From: a virus
Taxonomy: Duplodnaviria > Caudoviricetes
IMG/VR virus record: IMGVR_UViG_3300033076_001191
Span: 1 to 39,845 of that record
Reading direction: 5' to 3' (one strand)
DNA: 39,845 nucleotides
Each line of letters starts with the position of its first letter. Position 1 is the first letter of the stretch. Made by a program: the position numbers and the translations under genes. Shown piece by piece: positions 9,715-18,721 of this stretch. The notes beneath the pieces were generated by a model. That model made no database searches. It was given only the letters and a program-made list of their open reading frames with translations, and was not told the origin of the DNA.

Positions 9715-10344
9715 ATGAGCATCGCAGTTGCTGAAGCCCGCCCTCCTTTTGTGACCTTCGAGGTTCGCGCAGAAGAAGATCGCGACAAGACAATCGAGAC
9801 TGGGATCTACTCAGTCAAGAATGTCGACTTCGCTATCATCACCCCTCAGGGTTCCAAAGACCGCATCGAACGCAAAGTCGATGAGTGGTTCCCGCAGCTC
9901 GAACAACAGGTTCGCGAAGAGCGCTTTTCCTCCGTCTGGCTCGATGGCTTCAAGTCCCGTTATCGCATCTGGAAAGAGACGAACGAGATCCCAGAAAACG
10001 GCCATCCGATCGTCAACTGGCCTGCCGCCAGCCCCGCACAGGTCAAGACCCTGCTCGCAGGCGGTGTCCGCACGATCGAAGATCTGGCCGTGGCGAATGA
10101 AGAAGTCCTCGCTCGCTTGGGCATGGGCGCTCGTGCCCTGAAAAATCGCGCCGTCGAATGGATGGCAGCGGCTCAAAACGGGGGCGCCCAGGCTGAAGAA
10201 ATCGCAGCCCTGAAGCAGCAGAACGAAGACCTGTTGCTCCGCGTGCAGTCGATGACCGAACAGCTGGAAAAGCTTGCCCCGCTGCTCCAAGCTTCACAGG
10301 ATTCGGCTAAGACCGCAGCCGCAGGCACCCTGACCAAGCTCTGA
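9715..10344 (+). CDS. Hypothetical protein with helix-hairpin-helix-like segment and C-terminal coiled coil
   Basis: LLAGGVRTIEDLA resembles HhH motifs of the RNAP alpha-CTD/Rad51-N type; heptad C-terminus. Confidence 0.6.
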   Translation: MSIAVAEARPPFVTFEVRAEEDRDKTIETGIYSVKNVDFAIITPQGSKDRIERKVDEWFPQLEQQVREERFSSVWLDGFKSRYRIWKETNEIPENGHPIVNWPAASPAQVKTLLAGGVRTIEDLAVANEEVLARLGMGARALKNRAVEWMAAAQNGGAQAEEIAALKQQNEDLLLRVQSMTEQLEKLAPLLQASQDSAKTAAAGTLTKL

Positions 10345-10349
10345 TCATC

Positions 10350-11069
10350 ATGAACCTCCTCACCCTTGTCCAGACGTTCTGTGACCGTACAGGTCTCCCT
10401 CGGCCTTCTTACGCCATCTCTTCTACAGACTCCCAAGTCCTGCAGATTATTGCCCTGGTGAATGAAGTCTGCGAGGATATCTCTACGCGATGGGACTGGC
10501 AAACATTGGTGAAGGAGGTTCTCTTTACAACCATCGCTGGTGAGGATCAGGGCAATATCTACACCATCATGGAACTGGAACGGAGTTCCTTCAACAAGAT
10601 CTCCCAGCAGACCATTTTCAACCGGACGCTCCGCTTGCCACTTTTCGGGCCTATGACCGGCTCAAAATGGCAGGCCATCAAGGCTCTTCCCGCAACCGGC
10701 CCCTTTTACAAATACCGTATCCGCGGCGATCGCCTCCTCTTCAACCCCCCGGCAGCTGAAGGGCATGAGTGCGCTTTTGAGGCTCTGACAACACTCTGCG
10801 TACAAAGCGGCGCGGGCGATCTTCAGATTTCTTTCCAAGCCGACACTGATTCTTTCCGCCTCGACGATAAGCTGCTCTTAGCCGGTTTGCGCTGGAAGTG
10901 GAAGGCGGAAAAGGGACTGGATTACGCTGAAGAGTTCAACCGTTACGAAGCCCTCGGAGCGGATCTGGCTTCTCGTGATGCCACCAAGCCCACGCTCATG
11001 ATGGATGGGGGCGGTACGGACTTCCGTCCAGGGATCTTTGTCCCATCTGGGAATTGGAACGTATCATGA
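10350..11069 (+). CDS. Head-tail adaptor (tail tubular protein A-like)
   Basis: 239 aa, N-terminal MNLLTLVQ..C helix, C-terminal WKWKAEKGLDYAEE; position before nozzle. Confidence 0.7.
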   Translation: MNLLTLVQTFCDRTGLPRPSYAISSTDSQVLQIIALVNEVCEDISTRWDWQTLVKEVLFTTIAGEDQGNIYTIMELERSSFNKISQQTIFNRTLRLPLFGPMTGSKWQAIKALPATGPFYKYRIRGDRLLFNPPAAEGHECAFEALTTLCVQSGAGDLQISFQADTDSFRLDDKLLLAGLRWKWKAEKGLDYAEEFNRYEALGADLASRDATKPTLMMDGGGTDFRPGIFVPSGNWNVS

Positions 11070-12631
11070 TTCGTCAACCAGCTATCAAACGTGCATCAAG
11101 AGGCCTCAAGAAGGCCTCTACTTATTCCTTGCCGCCCCCCGTTGGTGGGTGGAATGCGCGGGATCCTTTGGCCAACATGAAGGAAACAGATGCTGTCGTG
11201 TTGGAAAACTGGTACCCAATGGCATCTGACGTGGCACTGCGAAAGGGTGTGCAGGAATGGGCCACAGGTTTTACGGATGAGCCGAAGACTCTGATGGACT
11301 GGAATGGCCCGTCGACGGAAAAGTTGTTCGCCGCCACGGATAATGGCGTCTTCGCGATCACCTCCAGCGGGGCTATCGGAAGCGCTGCCACAACTTCCAC
11401 TGATGGCCGCTTTATCCACACGAATTTTGCTGTTGCCGGCGGTTACTACATGATCGCAGTTAATGGCGTGGATAAACTGAAACTCTACGACGGCACTAAT
11501 TGGACTGATGTCGACGGTGCCTCTACCCCTGCCATCACAGGCCTTGCCACCACTTCCATGACTTACGTGGCTGTGCTAAAGCGCCGCCTATGGTTCGTCG
11601 AGAAGAACTCTCTGTCCGCTTGGTACCTCGGCACAGCGGCCATTGGCGGTGCCTTGACAGAATTCCCGTTGGGTCAGGTTTTCACTCTCGGTGGTCACCT
11701 AGTCAGCATGGCCTCCTGGACCATTGACGGCGGAGACGGTGCCGATGATTACACAGTCTTCATGTCCTCGAAGGGGGAGGTTGCGGTATATAAGGGCAGC
11801 GATCCCGCCAGTTCGACGACTTTTTCCAAGGTCGGTGTCTATTACATCGGAGAGCCTCTTGGCACAAATTGCTTCGCTAAGTACGGTGGCGATCTTCTGA
11901 TCCTTTCCCAGAACGGTTTGTTCCCGATGTCGAAGGCTCTGCAGTCCGCCACGATCGACCGTGCCCAAGCTCTGACTGCGAAGATCGACACGGCCTTTAC
12001 AGAAGCCGCTAGCTTGTACAGTCAGAATCCTGGCTGGTCTGTCACAGTATTCCCCCAGGGCAGTTTTGTCCTCGTCAATGTTCCTGTGGCCACGACGTAC
12101 TCTGAACAGTATGTTATGAACTCTATCACCGGAGCCTGGTGTAAGTTCAAAAGTATCTATGCTCAAGATTGGCTTGTGTTTGACAAGCAGATCTATTGTG
12201 CTTCCGGCACCCGTGTTGGGCTTGCCTGGACGGGGACAAGCGACTTTGGTGAACCCATCATTGGCAGCGCTCGCCAAGCCTACAACTACTTCCGTGCCCG
12301 TGGCCGTCAGAAGCACTCAGCCCTTGTCCGCCCGAACCTCAATACAAATGGCAGCCTGAGCCTCAGCCTGAGTCTCGACGTTGATTTCGCTGCCAGTGCT
12401 TTCTCCTCTTTTCCGTCTCCGGCCCCTACCCCAGGCTTTTCCTGGGATGCCGATGATGCTCTGTGGGACTCTGCTGATTGGGCTCCAGATACTGAAGTCT
12501 CCCATAATTGGTCGACTGTTCCCTGTGCTCCGTTCTTTGCGGCAGCGTTGGGCTTGCAGGTCTCTGCCAGCGATGCTACCATTAAATGGTCCGCGACAGA
12601 CTTTGTCTACCAACTTGGAGGCGTGCTGTGA
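11066..12631 (+). CDS. Tail nozzle / DNA-stabilisation protein (P22 gp10 / tubular B-like)
   Basis: 521 aa, beta-propeller-like, PPVGGWNARD..ENWYP N-terminus; ATGA coupling. Confidence 0.75.
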   Translation: MIRQPAIKRASRGLKKASTYSLPPPVGGWNARDPLANMKETDAVVLENWYPMASDVALRKGVQEWATGFTDEPKTLMDWNGPSTEKLFAATDNGVFAITSSGAIGSAATTSTDGRFIHTNFAVAGGYYMIAVNGVDKLKLYDGTNWTDVDGASTPAITGLATTSMTYVAVLKRRLWFVEKNSLSAWYLGTAAIGGALTEFPLGQVFTLGGHLVSMASWTIDGGDGADDYTVFMSSKGEVAVYKGSDPASSTTFSKVGVYYIGEPLGTNCFAKYGGDLLILSQNGLFPMSKALQSATIDRAQALTAKIDTAFTEAASLYSQNPGWSVTVFPQGSFVLVNVPVATTYSEQYVMNSITGAWCKFKSIYAQDWLVFDKQIYCASGTRVGLAWTGTSDFGEPIIGSARQAYNYFRARGRQKHSALVRPNLNTNGSLSLSLSLDVDFAASAFSSFPSPAPTPGFSWDADDALWDSADWAPDTEVSHNWSTVPCAPFFAAALGLQVSASDATIKWSATDFVYQLGGVL

Positions 12632-13059
12632 GGCACATTCTAACTGGGCACGACAGCGCAGTAGGCCCTTGGGTGGCCAGCCGAGTAGGGACTGTATGGT
12701 CCCCAGCTACGAGCACCACCATCGGCTTGTTTTCGGTTGATACCGGCATCATGGCTGGGGTCATTTACGAAGGCTACAACGGGGCTAATATCGGAGCGCA
12801 CATCGCTTCCGTCCCCGGCAAGTCCTGGCCGACGCGAGACTTCCTTCGCTTCATCTTCTACTACCCCTTCGAGCAGCTTAAAGTAAAGCGCATCACAGGG
12901 ATGGTGGCATCGTGCAATAAGGAAGCCGTTGACTTCAACCTTCGCCTTGGGTTTAAGCAGGAAGCTGTCCTGAAGGACGCCCATCCCCAAGGCGATTTGA
13001 TCGTATTTGTCATGCGCAAAGAATATTGCAAGTGGCTGCAACCGCGTAAAGGTGCCTGA
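12628..13059 (+). CDS. GNAT-family (RimJ/RimL-like) acetyltransferase
   Basis: YPFEQLKVKRITG..N..A..FNLRLGFKQE GNAT signature; GTGA coupling. Confidence 0.8.
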   Translation: MRHILTGHDSAVGPWVASRVGTVWSPATSTTIGLFSVDTGIMAGVIYEGYNGANIGAHIASVPGKSWPTRDFLRFIFYYPFEQLKVKRITGMVASCNKEAVDFNLRLGFKQEAVLKDAHPQGDLIVFVMRKEYCKWLQPRKGA

Positions 13060-13060
13060 A

Positions 13061-14065
13061 ATGGGTGATAACGTAACTTCTATGCTGGGCGCCGGTTTGG
13101 GGCTAGCTACAGGCGGTGTAGGCAGTGCGTTGATTGGCGGACTGCTTCCTTCCGTCACTGGTTCTATGGGAAAGCAAAGTTCTCCGGATGCCCCCAATCT
13201 CACAAAGGCTGCCCTGGACTCGTCGAATATCAGTCGTTACAACGAATCCGGCCCTTTTGGATCTGTGGCATGGAGTCTGCGTCCGGGGGCAGCCCCGAAC
13301 AATCCTCAGATCGGAGATTACGTTCGCACAACTTCCTTGTCGCCGGAGCAGCAGAAGTTGTACGACTTGGGCGTCGGGAATCAACTGCAAACAGGGCAGG
13401 CCGTTGGGTCGCAGTTGTCCGATCTGTCTGGCGGGGCGAAGTCAGTTGCTGACGCAATCTACAACAAGCAAACACAGTACCTGGATCAGAACTTCGGGGA
13501 TCAGACACGCGCGCTTGAGACGCAGCTGCAAAACCAAGGTTTGATGCCCGGGTCGGAAGCTTACGATCGAGAGCTTCGCAACCTCCGCCAAACTCAGCAA
13601 GGTGCCTACACAACCGCAGCGAACAATGCCACTATCGGTTCGGATGCTGCACAAAGTAATGCTGTCAGTCGGATTGCCAGTTTGTTGGCTGCCTCCAAGG
13701 GTAATGTTCCTACGTCCTCTAACGTGGGGACAACTCCTGACTTGGCAAGTGCCTTGATGCAGAAGTACCAAGCTGACCTTGGCGGCGTCAACGCCCAGAA
13801 TGCGCAGACCTCAAATACACTCGGTACACTTGGGCGGCTCGGCACTGCGGCATTGTTTGCTTTCAGTGACCGCAGGCTGAAATCTGATATCAAACACATC
13901 GGCACGGCTGGCAACGGCTTGCCCATGTATGAATATACCATTGGCGGGAAGCGCGAGCGCGGTTACATGGCGGACGAAGTTGCCGCTGTGTACCCAGACG
14001 CCGTTCGCGCGCATTCCAGTGGTTATTTGATGGTGAATTACGCTGACATCGGGGGCCGCCCATGA
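13061..14065 (+). CDS. DNA ejection (internal virion) protein with C-terminal peptidase S74-like chaperone domain
   Basis: Gly/Gln/Ala-rich body; C-terminal SDRRLKSDI..GYMADEV..YPDAV..GYLMVNY. Confidence 0.75.
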   Translation: MGDNVTSMLGAGLGLATGGVGSALIGGLLPSVTGSMGKQSSPDAPNLTKAALDSSNISRYNESGPFGSVAWSLRPGAAPNNPQIGDYVRTTSLSPEQQKLYDLGVGNQLQTGQAVGSQLSDLSGGAKSVADAIYNKQTQYLDQNFGDQTRALETQLQNQGLMPGSEAYDRELRNLRQTQQGAYTTAANNATIGSDAAQSNAVSRIASLLAASKGNVPTSSNVGTTPDLASALMQKYQADLGGVNAQNAQTSNTLGTLGRLGTAALFAFSDRRLKSDIKHIGTAGNGLPMYEYTIGGKRERGYMADEVAAVYPDAVRAHSSGYLMVNYADIGGRP

Positions 14066-15411
14066 GCCAAGCAATGTCCCTCCCTTTCGACCTGACTGGG
14101 GCTCAGGAACAGCTCGACCAAAAACGCCAATTGGCAGAGATGCTGATGGGCCGGGCAAACACGCCCGCGCAGGGGCAAATGGTCAGCGGCCATTACGTCG
14201 GCCCCGGACTGCTCGGCGCCGTCTCTCCGCTTATCAACGCCTTCCTGGCTAAAAAGGTCCAGAATGACGTCAGGACAGGCGGGGAAGAACTGCGTGGAAA
14301 GTACAATTCCATGCTGGCTGATGGCCTGGAAAAGTACTTCAACACCCGAGAAGGTACTCCTGCTGTCCCCTTCACCGGACCTATGCCTGCTGATCCCAGC
14401 AATCCGGAAATGGGGCAGATTTCTGGGAACTTGACGGAAGCTGTCGCACCTGACCCCAGGAAAGCCGCTATTCAAGCTCTGACCTCTGGCGTAGCTCCGC
14501 TGCAGCAGCTCGGTCAAATGGATCTGCAAAACATCGGGAAAAATTCTCTGACCCCGATCGAGCTTCTCAAGCTCGCTGGTGAGGGCAAGTTTACTCCGGA
14601 GTCGGCAGTTGCCGCCGCCACAACCCTCAACCCCCGTCAGTTGAAGGGCGCCCCGAAGGTGGAGGACAAGTGGACCGATCCTTACGAAATGAACGTCGGT
14701 AGCCGTCCTTTGCTGGTACGACGCAACCTGAAAAACAACGAGGTTGTCGCTATCAGCGGAGGCCAGACCATCAACATCGACACGCAAGGAAACAAGGCTG
14801 CCATCGAAAACTCAGTGAAGCTCTTGGGGCCTCTGCGTGAACAGATGCAGACAAGCCGTGGTATGCTGGAAACAGGTAGCCGAATTATGCAGCTGTCGAA
14901 GGATCCGCAAGTTCTGCAGGGGTTCGGTGCGGGTGTAGGCGTCGGGATATCCTCGCTTGCTGCGAAGCTCGGTTTCACTGGACCCGATGCCGCCGCAAAG
15001 ACGCAAGCCCTGATGAAGGACATGGCTACGAATGCTCTGGAAGCCGGGCAGAAGATGAAGGGTTCCTTCTCTGATGCCGACATCCTGTTCCTGAAAGAAG
15101 CTTCCGCTGGCAACATCAACCTCACGCCTGAGGCTATTCAGCATGCGGCTGGTCTGGCGATGATGGCAGGGCATAATACCCTGATGGATTCGATGAACCA
15201 GTTTGAAGAGGTCCGGAAGACTCCTGGGGCGGAGGCTATTGCCAATCAGTACCCACGTCCGCGGATCGGGAAGTATTCCCTGCCGAAGGACCTCTTTGAA
15301 GTTGATTCTGGCAACTACGCAACATTCCACAGCCCGCTGCAGCGGCCGTCCGCTCCCACACCCGGAGCGCCGATAAAAGCGGGCCAGCGTATCAAGTTCG
15401 AGGATATGTGA
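14062..15411 (+). CDS. DNA ejection/internal virion protein
   Basis: 449 aa, helical Ala/Gln-rich, QGQMVSGHYV N-terminal motif, position in the ejection cluster. Confidence 0.65.
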   Translation: MSQAMSLPFDLTGAQEQLDQKRQLAEMLMGRANTPAQGQMVSGHYVGPGLLGAVSPLINAFLAKKVQNDVRTGGEELRGKYNSMLADGLEKYFNTREGTPAVPFTGPMPADPSNPEMGQISGNLTEAVAPDPRKAAIQALTSGVAPLQQLGQMDLQNIGKNSLTPIELLKLAGEGKFTPESAVAAATTLNPRQLKGAPKVEDKWTDPYEMNVGSRPLLVRRNLKNNEVVAISGGQTINIDTQGNKAAIENSVKLLGPLREQMQTSRGMLETGSRIMQLSKDPQVLQGFGAGVGVGISSLAAKLGFTGPDAAAKTQALMKDMATNALEAGQKMKGSFSDADILFLKEASAGNINLTPEAIQHAAGLAMMAGHNTLMDSMNQFEEVRKTPGAEAIANQYPRPRIGKYSLPKDLFEVDSGNYATFHSPLQRPSAPTPGAPIKAGQRIKFEDM

Positions 15412-17522
15412 TGCCTGACAATCGCATGGAAGTTGAGATGCCTGACGGGAGTGTTATCGACGCTCCTGTCGGCACACCGAAAGCGGCTATCCAAGCTCGC
15501 TGGGAGTTGTCTCGTCTGCAGACGGCACGGGAACAGGCGGCGACGAAGGCTACGGCAGACCGAGCTGCTAAGGCCCCCGGAAAGACCTGGCTTTTCGACG
15601 CTACGAGTCCAGAACTGGATGCGATTGATAATGAAATCAGCAAACGTAAGGACATCGTCGCTAAGGCGAAAGCTGACACCGGCGGGTTTTTCGATAAAGC
15701 AAAGTACTATGCCGAGCAAGGTGCTTCGGCAGTTGCCCGCGGGCTTTTGCAGCTGCCCGCTATGGCAGCTTCTGCCGGCATGGCCACCGATCCTCAGAGG
15801 TACTCGAACCTGTCTTCTGGCCAGCCTTTGGCTGATGTTGGCAAGCTGGGGCGTCAACCACAAACAGCCGGCGAACGCTATGCCGCGCGGGCTATCGAAG
15901 GTGCTACTGGAGCCGTAGCTGGCCCGATGTCTGCTGGCACCGCTCCTATCCGAGCTGGACTGACGGGGGCGGCCAGCTCTGTGGGCAGCGAGGCCGCGGC
16001 AGACGTACTGGGGGATAACCCAGTGACACGTATTCTGGGCGGGGTGCTGGGCGGTGGCATGGCTTCCCTGGCAACTGCTCCGAAAACCACACGAGCTGAT
16101 CTTGTCCGTGAGGCTACGCAAGGCTCCACGGAACAGGAATTGCGTGATGCTCAGGCCTTGATGCGGGAGTCGAGGACCGCGGGTGTTCCGTTGAATCTTT
16201 CCCAAGCTATGCCAAAGGGAAGCAATATTGACGAAATGGTAGCGGCCCTTGCACAAAACCGTGCGGGCAAGATGACGGCGGAGACACTGCATAATCAACC
16301 CGGGGTTACGAGCACAGGCGTAGGGCTGGAAATCTCCCAACTGCCGGGGAAAGTGCTGACACCTCAAGAAGCTGCTAATAACGTCCAAGAGGCCACTACG
16401 AAGGTTATCAAGGACGTCAAGGCAGCCCGTACAAGTCTTACCAGTCCGCTGTATAATGCAGGTGGCGACCTAGGTGCGTCTGCTCCGAAGGAATTTGGCA
16501 ATACGATTGATCGTTTTGTGAACTCAGCTGGGGTCAGCCCGAAAGTCGCGCAGCAAGCCTTGGCGCTGAAGGAAGAACTGCTGGCAAGTTCCGCGAATGG
16601 CCAGCCTCGTACGCAGGCAACTGATATCAAAGCGGCAATTGACAGTTTCCGTGGCGGGATCAAGAATACCCTCAATCCACTGGATCCGAAGGAACAAGGG
16701 CAGATGAAGTTCTTGGTGGACCGGTTGTATCAACAGCTTGGCACAAAGTCGATTCCAGTCGCGGCCGGCAATGCCATCTACAGTCAAGTCTCGGAAAATG
16801 TCGTGGACCCTCTCAAGAAGAGTGTGGTTGGACGACTGGCCGGTACGGCTGGCGCACAGGCTGACAAGGAGGCTGTCGTAAGCCGACTGAACAGTGTGTT
16901 CGATAACGGAACTTTGCCCGGAGCTAAGTCGAGCGATATCCTGACCCTGGAAAAGTCCCTGCGCAATTCTGGGCAAGCTGAGGTGTTCCAGGATGCTGCA
17001 AAGACATGGCTGACAAACAAACTGGCTACCGCTACGAAAACACAAGGCGGCCGCTTGGCGGAGAACACCGCCGGGAATCTGGAAGCCGCCTTCGTGAAGG
17101 ATCCGAAGGCCCAGCAAGGCTTGCGGGACACCCTCGTGGCACTTGCCAGGAGCCAGGGACTGCCTGACGCTTCCCTGCTAAATGGGATGCAGAACATGAT
17201 GAAGTATGTGTCGGCGGCAGCCAGACGTCCCGGGCCAGTGGCAGGTACGAGTCCGCAGCAACTGGAAGAAGCCAGCCGCAGTCGTATCTTCGGCGGCATC
17301 GGAAACTTCAGCATGATGCAGCCTGTCCGCCAGCCCTTCAAGGCTATTGACGATGCCCTGAATCATGACGCGTATTCTTTCATGGACAAGCTGCTCAATA
17401 CTCCCGAAGGTGTGGATGTGCTTATCAAAATGGGCAAGGAACCCACGATCTCAAAGACAACGGCGCAGTCTCTGGCAACGGTTGTTGGCACCGCCGCTGG
17501 GGCTGAAGCGGGCCAGAAGTAA
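15411..17522 (+). CDS. Large DNA ejection/internal virion protein
   Basis: About 703 aa, Ala/Gly-rich with GxxxG stretches; third gene of the cluster. Confidence 0.65.
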   Translation: MPDNRMEVEMPDGSVIDAPVGTPKAAIQARWELSRLQTAREQAATKATADRAAKAPGKTWLFDATSPELDAIDNEISKRKDIVAKAKADTGGFFDKAKYYAEQGASAVARGLLQLPAMAASAGMATDPQRYSNLSSGQPLADVGKLGRQPQTAGERYAARAIEGATGAVAGPMSAGTAPIRAGLTGAASSVGSEAAADVLGDNPVTRILGGVLGGGMASLATAPKTTRADLVREATQGSTEQELRDAQALMRESRTAGVPLNLSQAMPKGSNIDEMVAALAQNRAGKMTAETLHNQPGVTSTGVGLEISQLPGKVLTPQEAANNVQEATTKVIKDVKAARTSLTSPLYNAGGDLGASAPKEFGNTIDRFVNSAGVSPKVAQQALALKEELLASSANGQPRTQATDIKAAIDSFRGGIKNTLNPLDPKEQGQMKFLVDRLYQQLGTKSIPVAAGNAIYSQVSENVVDPLKKSVVGRLAGTAGAQADKEAVVSRLNSVFDNGTLPGAKSSDILTLEKSLRNSGQAEVFQDAAKTWLTNKLATATKTQGGRLAENTAGNLEAAFVKDPKAQQGLRDTLVALARSQGLPDASLLNGMQNMMKYVSAAARRPGPVAGTSPQQLEEASRSRIFGGIGNFSMMQPVRQPFKAIDDALNHDAYSFMDKLLNTPEGVDVLIKMGKEPTISKTTAQSLATVVGTAAGAEAGQK

Positions 17523-17559
17523 TCCGGACGCATTAACACGGAATAACACGAACGAGGTA
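17520..17559. promoter_or_regulatory. Double-box element copy 2
   Basis: taatccggacgcatta-acacggaa-taacacgaacgaggta fills the gap from the stop codon to the RBS of the tail fibre gene. Confidence 0.8.
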
Positions 17560-17563
17560 TATC

Positions 17564-18382
17564 ATGCCCTTTAATGGTTCTGGGACTTATTCTCCCCCCT
17601 CTCCGCCTACGTTTCCAGCTGTAGCTGGGACAAAGATTCGGGCGAGTTACTTCAACTCCGTCGTCAACGACATCGCAACTGCCTTGAGCAATTGCGTGGC
17701 TCGTGATGGGCAAAGTACTGTCACCGGGACAATGAATCTTCTTGACGTTAACGTCACAGGGGATGTTTTGGTAACTGGCGATGTAATCGTCGCAGGACGT
17801 TCAGTTGTCACGTCTCGCTGGGCTACCGGGGAGTATGTGTTCTCGGCTTCTCCGACGGCTCCGTCTGGTACAGTATCCCCTAACGGCGGCACCATTGGGA
17901 ATAGCAGTTCTTCCGCTACTACCCGCGCTAACAGCGATACGGAAGCTTTATTCACGCTCCTGTGGGACAGTACGACGAACACGCAGTTGCAGTTGAAGAC
18001 AAGCGCCGGGGTTAATACAGCTCGCGGCGCTAGCGCGGCAGCAGATTTTGCCGCTAACAGACAGCTGTCCCTTCCGAATCTGGCGGACGGAGAAACATTG
18101 ATTGCGGCAGTCAGTTCCGCTGTGTCCAGTAAATCTGCTGGTGAGGTTATCTCCCACACCCACACATTTACCGGCAATCCAGTGCCGGACCACTTCCACA
18201 CAATCTCTCCTAGGGACCAGGAAACTTCTACCGGAGGCTTGGCAGCTGGCGGTGGTGCTTCCTATTCCGATGTCATTACAGCCGGCGGCGGTGGCCACAC
18301 GCCTTCTGGTACGAACAGCAACACTGGCGGCGCTATCAACAAAGCTGCGGGTGTGTTTGTCAAAGTCTACATTGCACTGTAA
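17564..18382 (+). CDS. Short tail fibre (N-terminal anchor plus collar-like domain)
   Basis: MPFNGSGTY..DIATALSNCVARDGQ anchor; ALFTLLW..LPNL collar-like segment; SHTH/HFH/GHT His motifs. Confidence 0.75.
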   Translation: MPFNGSGTYSPPSPPTFPAVAGTKIRASYFNSVVNDIATALSNCVARDGQSTVTGTMNLLDVNVTGDVLVTGDVIVAGRSVVTSRWATGEYVFSASPTAPSGTVSPNGGTIGNSSSSATTRANSDTEALFTLLWDSTTNTQLQLKTSAGVNTARGASAAADFAANRQLSLPNLADGETLIAAVSSAVSSKSAGEVISHTHTFTGNPVPDHFHTISPRDQETSTGGLAAGGGASYSDVITAGGGGHTPSGTNSNTGGAINKAAGVFVKVYIAL

Positions 18383-18391
18383 GGAGGGGCT

Positions 18392-18670
18392 ATGCAAGGT
18401 GAAGAAAAGTCGGATCACGTAGAACGGCGCAGACAGCAAATCACGATCAGCAAAGAAGAACTGGTCGAGGCTATCAAGGATGGGTTTATCCAAGCCTTGA
18501 ACTCTCCGCAGGCTGTGGAAGCTGTAGAAGGGGCCGTTACAACTTGGTTTGATAAGCAGTCTGGGAAGGCTGTTAGACGAATGCTGAATAGCATTGCCCT
18601 CGGCAGTTTGCTGCTCTTGGCCACGAATTTTGGCTCGATTAAATCGTGGCTGGCGGGGCTAGGGAAATAG
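18392..18670 (+). CDS. Small protein with C-terminal hydrophobic helix (possible holin-like)
   Basis: 92 aa, ERRR N-terminus, SIALGSLLLLATNF hydrophobic stretch, strong AAGGAGG RBS, last late gene. Confidence 0.5.
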   Translation: MQGEEKSDHVERRRQQITISKEELVEAIKDGFIQALNSPQAVEAVEGAVTTWFDKQSGKAVRRMLNSIALGSLLLLATNFGSIKSWLAGLGK

Positions 18671-18689
18671 CCCTAAACGGGCATAGAAT

Positions 18690-18712
18690 GGCCGGGGCGT
18701 TGCACCCCGGCC
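18690..18712. terminator. Hairpin between convergent late and replication arms (probable terminator)
   Basis: ggccgggg-cgttgca-ccccggcc; weak U tract. Confidence 0.6.
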
Positions 18713-18721
18713 GTTGCACTT

